The notes below the pieces were generated by a model. It had not been told where the DNA came from, ran no database searches, and saw only the letters and a program-made list of their open reading frames with translations. Below, in pieces: positions 1 to 10,534 of a stretch of 64,000 nucleotides of DNA. The position numbers and the translations under genes are program-made. This DNA is from Oikopleura dioica (taxonomy: Eukaryota > Animalia > Chordata), in NCBI GenBank assembly GCA_907165135.1, contig OU015566.1:5766001-5830000 (forward strand), given 5' to 3'. Each line of letters opens with the position of its first letter. The stretch's first letter is position 1.

Positions 1-57
1 AATACTCCAGCCTATCAGTGCGCGCCTAATTCCATATTGTAGAGCAGGTTCCATTGA

Positions 58-535
58 TGATTTAAAAAAAAAAACTTCGCGGGCCCGGAAATCGTCAAAA
101 AACCTCTTATCTAGTTTTGTAGAGCTCGTCAAGACGAGTCGAATGATATATCAAAGTCAATTTCAGCTCGTAATCACATATCCTGCCTAGTTATCAGCGA
201 AAAATTAAAAATTTAGTGTATTTTGTTGTCGCTCGTTCCTAATTTCTGGCCCATTTCCAGTCCCATTTCCATTGGAAAATGAAATATACTGATAAACTCG
301 GCTGGGTAGATGATGACGGGCTGAAATTTTTTGGAACATTTTCCGGGGTCAAACGTTACCGCAGCTATTCTAGAACAAAAACGGCGGCGGTCAGAAAATT
401 TTTGATAAGCCACCTTCTTATCACTTAGAATTTTCAGGACTTTGATATATCATTTGACTCGTCTCGACGAGCTCTACAAAACTAGGTTAGAAGTTTTGAG
501 ACGATTTCCGGGCCGGCGAAATTTTTTTTGAAATC
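58..535. mobile_element. MITE-like element with ~100-bp terminal inverted repeats
   Basis: 58-158 (..cttcgcgggcccggaaatcgtc..tagttttgtagagctcgtcaagacgagtcgaatgatatatcaaagtc) is the near reverse complement of 438-535. No coding capacity; TSD not resolved. Confidence 0.75.
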
Positions 536-2019
536 AGCATTCTATCTAATCATTGCCCGAAGAAGCTCGAAAAATGAAGCAAAATTGAGTACTCATACCT
601 TTCCGGGGCACGTAAACCCTAGTTATCCCCTTAATTATAATTAAAAAAGAAAAAACTAAGGACCTTTATCAAAAAAATGATGAAAATAACTAATTTTAGA
701 AAGGTTTCTGACTGACAATCATTTTTTCTTTTGAAACTTACCTTTGAAGTCGTTCCGTTTTCTTTCTTGGTCGTCTTCCAGTTGAATCAGTTTTAGGAGC
801 AACGTTCCAGTAGGAGCCAAGCGAATTGTCCGATTGCTTGATTTGAGCAAAGAGACTTTGTTGGTTAAGACTTTCGTTTGATGATTGTCTTTCTCTTCTT
901 CAATTTTCAAAAAATTGAAAAAAATTTGATTTCCAGCTTTTTTTTCGTCTGTCTGCTCTTCTGAGAAAATTGAATTCAAAGCGAGCGAAATTTTCCGCTT
1001 AAACGGAACAGAACTCGGCAGGGTACGTCAGCTGACCTAGCTGATAAAATCAGCTGATTTTATGGAATTATAATTTCAAAAATCTGATTTCACACAAGAC
1101 ACAATTTTTCATGCCTTGGGTCCAACGTGGATGGATGAACATTCGCATGTCTAGCGATGATCTTACAAGAAACTACGAACTTAATGACTATACCGAGATT
1201 CTTTTCTCTAAAGATGTAACATCTGAGATGGTATGGAATCCACTGAAGGAAAGCCTCAATCAAGTTGAAGATCTGGGGGACTTCGCTCATCGATTGTTTT
1301 TCTGGTGGCAATTTCATGGATACCCGCGCCTTCCTTTGAACCGGTATCTATTGCTCAACTGACCTACACAGGTAACGCATCGAATTACCCGGAAATTGTT
1401 GCTGCTCAAATCTGCCCAGATAAATCTCGTGACAAAATATTCGATTTCATAAAACATAGTCGAGGAATCGAGGAAGAGTTTAGGCGCCGCAGTTCGATAT
1501 AATTCCTATTTTAAATGACTGAAAATGCTCTAAGCTTCAATTTGATAGCCCACGAGCATGCCATTCTTATAAATTTCGTCAATTTTCGGCTCTAGAATCG
1601 CAACCGGAAGTGATTTTCGGAAGCATGTCAGTGTTCAATTTCTATGATCATCATAGTAGTAGTCAAATGGGAAGAAAATGGGATGAGAAAATTTCTTCCC
1701 TGCTTGATTTCGAGGCCGTTTTGTAGCTGCACGACCTCAGAAATGGGAATCAGGCTGGAAAATGGGATGAGCCTTATTTTACGCGCCTGATTTTGAGGCC
1801 GTTTTGTCGCTGCGCTTTCCTATTTTTGCCCGGATTTCTCTCTTCTTCGTTACTGAAAAAGGGCTCTAGGAAAATGATGATTTCTCGCCATAATTATGAT
1901 CGTGAGCGAGTGAAATTCAAATCCAGGGTAGTTCGGACACTGCTGAATCAGAATCCGAGAAGAAATTTAAGATTCATAATGTGGATGAGTCACAATCACC
2001 AATATAAGAAAGCATGTTT

Positions 2020-3338
2020 TTAAACTTTCAGAAGGCCATATCTCCGAGATTCGTGAGAGATAGAACTCGAGAAACATACCAAAATGCTTCATTTTTAGTA
2101 CTCTTTCATAATTGACTCAAAACAAGAAAAAAATTTTTTTCGACCGTCACCAAAATCTGAAACTTCCCTTAGCATTTGGTTGAAGACGCTGTTTTTTGTC
2201 CAGAAATCGAGTGCTGCGCCATGTCTTCGAATCAAGAAGTCAAAAAATTCGAGCCGAATGAAAAATTCTTTCCCCTGTGCTACTCTCCTTGAATAAAAGA
2301 AAATTCTGAGCCACTCACGAAAATGATAGCAAGGAAGAAAAACAGCAGCAGCAACATCGCAATTTCGCCAAGAGTCAGCTTCAAAGTCTCGTAAACGATC
2401 CAAAGACTCGGCCACCGGTTGCGCAGTTTTTTCAGCGAGCTGATTACTGAACAAAATTTTTATAAACAAAATCAAAAAAGGGGGGTCTTACATCTAATAG
2501 AACGAAGAATCGAGACGATTTGGCCGACTCCGCTCATGATTTCCGTGTTTGTTAGAATGAAGCTCGCGAGAATCATTGTTAAATCGACGATGTTCAGCGA
2601 CGACTTGAAGAATGTTTCCGGCATTACAATGTACTTGAGCAGCATTTCCATCAAAAACAGGGCGAGAGTGACGTTTTGGACCAACTGGATGAGCACCATT
2701 CCTGCTTTTATGTTGTTGCCTTGGAGAAATTGCATATTTTTCTAAGAAAAACTATTGGATTTACCTTGGAGAAGAACGTCGACGTAAATCGAGAGAAAAT
2801 TGAGAACGATTGAGATCATGGTTATTAGATTAAAGCTGACTGAATGGACGATTTCGGATAAAAATTGCCGGAACAGCTCGCGGTCGTCTTCTTGGTCAGA
2901 TCGGACGATTTCTCTAGACAAAGAATTGATGTTTTGATCGCCAAGAGAACGATTTTTTACCTAAAGTCAGTGTAGACATTTCGAATGTCGTCGGCCTCGG
3001 CATCGCCATTGAGCGGAAACGAGAATATTCGCTTGACTTCTGGCGGCCCATCTGGCAGTCCCGCCGCTGCTTTATCCGCCTTGTCCTTTTTGTTGAAGAG
3101 CGCTTGGACCGTTCGCCCGCCGATTTGCCATTTTCCTTTGCTGCTTGATTTGGAGAAGTCGGACTCGCTCTCGGTGGCGATATTGAACTGAACTGACTCT
3201 TTTGAGTTTATCGAAGCTTCTACTTCTTTGTCGTTATCTTGCCTCTTTTTGAGAATATTCTTGAAAAAAATTTGAAAAAAAAAATAGTTAAATCTGGCTT
3301 ACTTTTAACGATGGCTGCTTTGCAAGCTTTTTACTCAT
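2020..3338 (-). CDS. Single-domain voltage-gated (CatSper/Nav-repeat-like) ion channel subunit, multi-exon; 3' end unresolved
   Basis: Spliced translation gives S1 FLSEIVHSVSFNLITMISIVLNFLSI, S2 VQNVTLALFLMEMLLKY, S3 FFKSSLNIVDLTMILAS, S4 LRSIRLISSLKKLR and S5 GEIAMLLLLFFFLAIIF. Possible pore helix AFWYVSRVLSLTNLGDM near 2030-2080. The start may extend upstream of 3338. Confidence 0.65.
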
Positions 3339-3682
3339 TTTTATGTCTCTTGAATCTGATCTGATTTCATAGAAAACATTTTCATGTTCCCAGCTGCTCT
3401 AGAAGATTCAGGCTCCGTGGAGAGAGATTGTTGCTCTTTTTGGAGCGTTCAAGTGAATCTGGGCTGGTCACTTTAATCAAGTTATTTTTAAATCTTGTCA
3501 AGGTACTGAACGCACCGTTTCTTTAGAACGATATCAAATAATAAATTTCTCCCGTAAACATGAATTCTTCTGCTTGTAGATTGCGGCGCTAACTGATTCT
3601 TTTTTCATCATTTCAAGCGAACGAAGAAAAGAGAAAACCAACAAATTTTTAAAGAAAAATTATTGCAGTAAAAATTGGGGAG

Positions 3683-4741
3683 ATGATTTTCAGATTTTTT
3701 GTATCGGTAGTCACTGCGTCATCCATTTATCCAGGTAAGCATCCAGGTCAACCCTAATTTTTCTACGAACTAGAGTCAGAGAAAGTATTTTGCTATTGAA
3801 CAAGACTTGTACTATTTCGTTTCAGCTCGACAACTCCCAATTTCCTCACAGAATTCTGGCAATGACTTCAGTCTCTACGTTGAATCACGTGACCAATGCC
3901 CCGATGAGGGTAAGTTCTACTGTGAAGATGAAGATTCTTCGAGGGTTTGTGGGGAATGGAACTGTCCAGATGGCGTTTCAGAATTTTCAAAATGCACGGT
4001 TTTTGCCAAAAACTTTCTCGAGGCGGAGACTCAAGAATATCACAGGAAAGGCTTCAATTTTGATTTTTCCAAATTAGACACAATAATCATCTCCGCTATC
4101 AAAAGTTATATTTATCAGCCTTAAATAGAACGTGCAATTGTCACACAAATGTTGGACCCTTTAATGTGTTTACCGGATGTAAGTGGACAACGGAAAAGAA
4201 AGAAGTTACATCGACAGAGTTGACAACAACAACATTAACAGCGATAAGAACAACATCAACGGCAGCATCAACAACAACTTCATCGACAAGAGTATCAACA
4301 ACAACTTCAACATCAACGACATCGACAACGACAACTGCAACGACGACAACTACAACGACAACGACAAGGACGACGACAACTACGACATCGACAACGACAG
4401 CATCGAGATCAACTACGGCAACAGAAACATCAACGACAGAAACCCTCCCAGAGAGGTCAGGAGGAATGCTTTCCGATGTTGAGCTTCTTGGAAGCACCGA
4501 AAACCAGCTACCAATAGAATATGAAGAAGATGAGGAATATCTCGGAGAAAATGAAAGATATGAGCCGGTTTCAAGAAACTATCCCCGAGCGTATCCTTTA
4601 GCAAGTAGGACAAAATACCCCAGAGAGTATCCGAATGCAAATCAACATCTGATGAAAAAGGTTATCAGAGAAGGTAAAGATTTTATCTCAAGAAACAAAA
4701 AAACATTTCAGATGGAACATATGTTCATAGTTTCGAACTGA
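3683..4741 (+). CDS. Secreted Cys-rich plus Thr-rich (mucin-like) protein
   Basis: Signal peptide MIFRFFVSVVTASS at 3683 (GT donor ~3735), Cys-rich exon (ORF 3807-4124), then a Thr/Ser-rich stalk and acidic tail (ORF 4166-4741). Confidence 0.7.
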
Positions 4742-5040
4742 TGCAGAAAATACAGAAAATGATGTTCGAAGAAGGCCTTTTTTCACTGTATTTTTGAAAT
4801 TCTTAACTATTAGAAAATATTCTTTTTTATAATTTTATTTTCTTTTTCATTTTCTGTAAATTTAATTAACAGTAATTAATTAAATCACTAAGTAAAGCCT
4901 CTTGTTACAACTTTTGTGAGTTCATACTGTCATCGAAGCGATATTTTTGCCGGCAGATTTATTTGCTTGCGATTATGATAACCTGGATTAAATTGTTTGG
5001 TTGAGACTAAGATTCCTCAGTAGATTTTCATTGCGGAAAA

Positions 5041-6396
5041 ATGCTGCTTTTTCAATTTTTTATAAGTTCCTTTTTTGCGTTTGAAATTTCGAAGCGGGAT
5101 GCGTCGAATTTTCTACGGAAGAAAAGGTCGAATTCTGGATTTGAGGAAATGAAACGTGGTGACTTTGAAAGAGAGTGCATCGAGGAATCATGTGACTCTA
5201 ACGAGTTTCATGAGATTTATGATGATTCAGAAATTTCAGAGCCGAAACTGGTAAAAATCAGCTTCAGATTACATTCTCTAATTCTCTAGTTCTTTTACAT
5301 GGTTTGCCGTAAAATGAACGAAGAAATTGAAGACAATGATATCAGTCACGAGTTTCTTCTGCAAATAAGATATTATGACGGGTTGGGTTTATAAAATCTT
5401 AACAAGCTAAGAAACTGAAGTTGAGAAAATCTCAAACTCGAGCTTGCTTTGAAGGCAAGCAGAACTCAACCTTTGTGACTACCAGTGTCGCTAATTTGCT
5501 TGAACCCGAAGAGGTTTATTTCTTAATGAAATGAATCGAAATGAATATTTTCGGGTGACCCTCCATTCGTCAGGAAAATCCGCTTATTTCCTGACGAATG
5601 GAGGATGAGAGTTTCTAGAACCTCCAAACACATGTTTTCCTTAAGGAGATTGACTATCAAAATTGCGAATTTAGGTGACAAATTCATTCTTTTTATAGTA
5701 ATTTCGGATAGAAATCAGTTTTTTGAACATATAATTGGGAATTTACTCAACCCTAACCCTTTTTTAGAAAGAATAATAAATTGATAAATCAAGGGAAAAT
5801 CATCAGAAGACGAGTTTCTAGAACATCCTCCATTCGCCAGGAAAATCTGCAAGTTTCCTGACGAATGGAGGATTTCCTGACGAAAGGAGGGTATCCGATA
5901 TTTTCTAGAACGAATTTTGCGAACACAAATTGTGGTTTGTCCCTTATCATGAATTGGGACTTCATTATTGGGAAGCAAAAGAAAAATACGCTTTGTTGGC
6001 CAAGAAATACGAGTTAACCGTCGGTTTTCCTTCATTTTTCAGAAATCAAGAAGAATATAACGTCTATAAGAAATCTGTCCCTCTTCGTTTAGAATTCCTC
6101 GGTTTGATTCAATTCACAGAGTGACGATCGATTTATCTTTAGGCTATGAAGAACAATTAAGAAGCAGGAACAAATGGATTAATGCTGATGGCTCTCGGGT
6201 AACTTTCACAAGCTGGGATATTAGGACGAACCAACCCGACAGCAATACAAATGAACCCTGTGTTGTTAAAGGATGGGATGGAACCCGAGATTGGGACGAC
6301 ATCACCTGTCATAACACCTTTAGAGGTTTTTACTCCTGTCGATTTGAAACTTGCTGTCCACATAACAACAAATGCTTCCGTAACTACTTCGCATAA
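5041..6396 (+). CDS. Secreted Gla-domain plus C-type lectin domain protein
   Basis: Signal and propeptide ending FLRKKR, then Gla motif SNSGFEEMKRGDFERECIEESCDSNEFHEIY. Exons 5041-5250, 5290-5344, 5407-~5512, ~5909-6100 and ~6143-6396 join in frame. CTLD has QPD and WDD motifs (NQPDSNTNEPCVVKGWDGTRDWDDITC). Confidence 0.75.
5560..5890. repeat. Two intronic 18-bp-arm hairpins
   Basis: cctccattcgtcaggaaa-N9-tttcctgacgaatggagg at 5560-5604 (perfect) and a one-mismatch copy at 5827-5871, followed by an extra half arm. Each copy lies next to gagtttctagaac. Confidence 0.8.
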
Positions 6397-6625
6397 ATAA
6401 AATCAAAAATCAAATTTCCATGTTTGTTCGCCCCTGAAATTTTCTTTGGGCATATTTATGCAAAACAATAAATGCGCGTTGAGCTTACTAAGTTTTAAGC
6501 TGACTGACGACAAACAAGAACATTCTTAAGATTTCATGTTTTGTGTCCCTTATTCCGAAGAAACAAACCCTCTAGCTCCCTTCAAAGTATAAAAGCAAGA
6601 ATTGCATGTTCAGCAAGAAAGAAAA

Positions 6626-7844
6626 ATGAAATTTTTACTCCTTTTCCTCGAAGTTTGCGATGCCGGCCCGCAGTTTTTTGACTTCTGGAGTAATGCTGAC
6701 GTCTTTGCTCATAGAATCGGAGCCCGAATAAAACAGGCAGGAAGGAAGTGATTCATGAAACACTACAACGACTAATGTAAAATTATGAAATTCTATCAAC
6801 CTAGTGGAACTTGCGATTCAGCGATCAGCAATCCTACTTATCAAGAGATTAATATTGTGCATTTTCAAAGAGATTTCAGTACAGCGGCGAACATGAAAAA
6901 CCTATTGGGAATGCTTCGAGATTGGAAAAAATCCTATGCCTGCATTCCAGATAAACTCAAGGTCCACCACAAGTCTCTCGCAAGAAATCTTGCCAGCAAA
7001 AGCGCCCTTAGCAACAGCCCAGAGCACCAAGACGAAGAGATAACTTTCGAGATTTCAGACGATTCGATGAGTTTTTTCCAAGCTCAAGCCCACTGCAATC
7101 TTCAGGGAAAACGACTAGCTGATCCTTCAACTGATGTTGATCTTCAAATGATGATCAATAAGATGTCTCTTCTCCCTATTGGAACGAGCTGCTGGTTCCA
7201 GGATAAAAGAGCTGCGTCAACAGACACTTTCTGTGAAAATCAATGTTGTCACATAACCCTGGCTGCTGCTGGTGCAATGGCTTATTTTGGCCCCTCGCCA
7301 GAATGTGTCGTGGGAAATAGGGCTATCTGTATGTCAGGTCAAGCAACAACTACAACTTCAATAACGACTACACTCAAAGAAGACCTTCCGATTGTGGTAA
7401 GAATTAGTTGTTACAAATCTATGTTTTTCATTGTTTGAAATTCAAAATTATTTATTATTTATTAATTATTTATTCAAACGTCCTGCGAAAAAGGAGTCTG
7501 GACTTCTTTTCAAATCGACGTTCTTTTTGATTTTACGAAGCCGATGTTTCCGACAATCAACTTTTGGAAAAACAACAGAAAGAATGATGGCTATCACTAC
7601 GAGTTTACTCCTCTTGGAAACTCAGACAAACCAGCATATATTGGGGTAGGTGTATAATTCAGAAAAAATCAACTATTTTTTTTTCTTTTAGAAAGATCTT
7701 TATAGCGGCGTGCCTCTTGAAGTTTTGGCAAGTAAGACCTTCGATGGGAAATACGGAACAGCGTCTGGGCATCAAATAAGAAATCTTGTCTACACGCGAT
7801 ATTGTGATCACCTTCGCTGGCCAGTTTCGCCTTTTTCCTGCTAA
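6626..7844 (+). CDS. Secreted protein: helical N-domain, CTL-like domain, partial beta-sandwich module
   Basis: Signal MKFLLLFLEVCDA at 6626. ORF 6785-7438 contains MSFFQAQAHCNLQGKRLADP (CTLD helix 1). Later exons encode CEKGVWTSFQID..DLYSGVPLEVLAS..ASGHQIRNLVYTRYC. One splice acceptor (~7475) is not resolved. Confidence 0.6.
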
Positions 7845-8002
7845 CGTTTTTTGGGGAAATTTGTCACTCTAAGCCATGCTCCACTGTGTATTTTGGTCGA
7901 AATATTAAAATAAACTAATAATTCAAGTCAAAAACATGTCAATTGAAACACAAATTTATTCTTCTTACGTTTTAACGCTGCCTTTTACTTTTGTTGGTAA
8001 GC

Positions 8003-9067
8003 CTATTCGAGTGTTTCCATGACAGGAGCCCAGAACGTCAGACTGTCCCTGATGAGCTGAGAAAAATTAAGAAATGAGTTTTTTTCCTAAATCATCGTAC
8101 CTGCATGGTCTTTGTCGCTTCTTCATAATTTTCTTCGTTTAAGTTGTCAAGGTCGGAAGCGGCATCATCAAGTGCGCTCTTGGCGATTCAAAAATTGCAA
8201 AATAACGCGAAAAAAATTAACATAATTCACTCACCTGAAGGCCTCCCGAGGATTGGCCATCCTCTCAAAAAGGAAATTCGTGTAATTGAGAGCAATATTA
8301 AGTCGTAAAGGATGAGCGCACTACAATCATTATATTAAAAAAAACAATTTTCGAAAAATGTTTTACAGCGAGTTCCGATTTTGCTTTGTCAAAGCCGACT
8401 TTGTAAGCCTCTTGAGAAGAAAGACTCATCCTTTGTTGCTCGTGACTCCTTGAAATTTCTATGGCAGGAGTTTCTGCCAAGTATCTTAAATTCGCATTAA
8501 GAAAACCAGAAATCAATCGCCGTATAACTTTTCCTGAGCACAAGCACTTACCGGTAAAAATCACCTTGCTCCATATACATGAAAACCTTAGTTTCTTCGG
8601 TAAAGGTTTTAGAAGAGGGCTCAAGAAATTTCTTCGTAAGGCCGACAGCCTCAAAGGATATGTCACGCAGTTCGGTCTTGACCTTCTCAATGCATTTTTC
8701 GGCGATGTCCTGAATAATGCGTCAGTTTCTCAAGGAAAAAAAGGATTTTTCTTTCGTACGTATTTGAATCCACGAAATTCGGTTATCAACTCCTTCTTGA
8801 TGATTTGGTCGAGGGTTTCAAAGCTTGATCGACGAGGACCAACGGCGTTCTTGTAGGCAACCTTGAGAAGATTTCGATGCTTAGGCTCATCAATCTCAAT
8901 CTTCCCTTTTGGGATATCAACTAATATCTTTAATTATTTGAAATTTAGCGATGACTTACACATTAGTAAGGTAGCCTTTTGATTGACCCGGCCATGTCGT
9001 CGTATCGCTCCGACCGTTGATGAAGCTCAGCTTCATAAATGTATTCAGGGTATTTTTTCCAATCCAT
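8003..9067 (-). CDS. Divergent 14-3-3 family protein
   Basis: Spliced translation: ERYDDMA, RNLLKVAYKNAVGPRRSSF, EKVKTELRDIS, KVFMYMEQGDFYRYLAE, IALNYTNFLFE, AKSALDDAASDLDNLNEENYEEATKTMQLIRDSLTFW. All are collinear with 14-3-3 helices. Confidence 0.9.
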
Positions 9068-9324
9068 TTCTCAAAACTCAAGTAACTTTAGAGAATCAAC
9101 AACGATTAAAATTTAAAAGCCAATTTATTTTTGCGCTGCTTATATTACATCAACCGGAAACAAGCTAGTATACGGCATACTGTATACCTGACATACAAGT
9201 ATAGTCAATGATGGAGTTAATTCCAAAAAATAGACTCTTTCCTGTCTATTTTATGGAGAGTCCCTACTTTTATCAATAAATTTTCATTCTAGTGAATAAA
9301 CAGACAAGGCTTATTTTCACAGAC

Positions 9325-9931
9325 GGTATGGCCCAAGCCGGAAGAAACCGTCATTTCCACGATTTTGGTCATTCTTCTAATTATTTTAAGGGTGTTAACT
9401 CTGGTTTTTACCATCGTTAGGGATTCTCACGTTGTCGGCATACTTTTGAGCCGATGTATAATTAAACATGTAAAGAAAAAATTCTGCGATATTTTTTTGT
9501 TATTCTTCATTTTTTATGTGTACAGAATACAATATTTACAATTATAAATCAATAAGAGAAAATACTAAAAAGCAGAACGTGAGATAGTGTCTGAGTAAAC
9601 TTGAGTTTCTTTCATAGATGGAGCTTGGACGGTTGTTGGAACATGCTGGAAGTCCCTTGGTTTCTTCAAAAAGGCATACTGAAATTTTGGCTTAGTAAGA
9701 GACAAAAGGAGTTAAAAATTAGTGAGAGCAATGCGTGCATGATTGATGATAATTTTTCCGAATTTTCACTTTTGCTAGTCACGTGAAAATTCAAAGAACG
9801 AACGATAATTTTTCTAGCTTTTTTTCTACGAGCTGGAAAAATTCTTCGGGCGTACAGTTTAATGGACATTTTCGAAATCAAATCACTGATTTTCTTTCAA
9901 CATTAGAGCTGTAGCAACCCTGTTTCGCTAA
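9325..9931 (+). repeat. Dispersed ~550-600 bp repeat, copy 1 (copy 2 at ~18098-18631)
   Basis: Long shared blocks, e.g. gcagaacgtgagatagtgtctgagtaaacttg and aattcaaagaacgaacgataatttttctag..attagagctgtagcaaccctg. Confidence 0.85.
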
Positions 9932-9945
9932 AAAGAGAGAGTGAA

Positions 9946-10330
9946 AATCTGATAGCCCGAATCAAACAACATGGCCAAGCAAGTGGAAACACTACCATCT
10001 TTTCGCACATCAAAGAATGTGAGCAGTACAAGGTCGGTCTCAATGCGCTACCGGGTGCAAACAAACCTTTAGTTAAAAATTATTTCCTCCGCACGAGATT
10101 TTCGGTACTTAATCGAAATTTGCCTTTTTCAGAAAAAAAACGAACTGAAGCACTTGAAATTGAATTACAATCCCCAATTTTGAACAAACAAGTCGCTCAC
10201 AAAGCCGTTCTCTTTGTGTAAAATGACGGGGGCTTTCACATGCGCTTCGGTGCCCATGTTCCAAATATTTCTACCTTCTTTTCGTGTTCTGAAGAAGAGC
10301 TCTTTGCTCGAAAACGTTAAACACAAATAA
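9946..10330 (+). mobile_element. 5'-truncated Penelope-like retroelement (GIY-YIG C-terminus plus 3' region)
   Basis: ATG-less frame 9946-10221 reads NLIARIKQH..TIFSHIKEC..FSVLNRN..RTEALEIELQSPILNKQ, the typical C-terminal half of the PLE GIY-YIG endonuclease. A hammerhead motif follows. Confidence 0.8.
10284..10324 (+). ncRNA. Minimal type I hammerhead ribozyme
   Basis: gtgtt CTGAAGA a gagc-tcttt-gctc GAAA acgt TA aacac: stem I gtgtt/aacac, core CUGANGA and GAAA, stem II gagc/gctc, palindromic stem III, UA cleavage site. There is one extra A before stem II. Confidence 0.7.
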
Positions 10331-10534
10331 ACTGATGGAAACTCATATTTAAAACGTCAACACATACAATAATAATAATAATAAATTTTCAAGATTCACA
10401 AAAATGACGAATTGCCACTTCGGAATCGGATTTAATTCAAGGAGATGCATTTTCACCTGCAAAAACGTGTAAACGATTATTTTTAGTGTTTTTTTTTATT
10501 CTTTTGTTTTATGAAGGAGAGAAGAGCATTTGGG

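Noticed and set aside
1111-1502. Two overlapping short ORFs (83 and 65 aa)
   Set aside because: No recognisable domain and no splice model joining them; could be a gene fragment, but unsupported.
1668-1813. ~82-bp imperfect tandem duplication (aaaatgggatgag..gaggccgttttgt)
   Set aside because: Only two short degenerate copies, with no evidence of function.
4141-4497. Val-rich antisense ORF and Asn/Asp-rich alternate-frame ORF (4183-4482)
   Set aside because: Shadows of the ACA/ACG Thr-repeat coding sequence.
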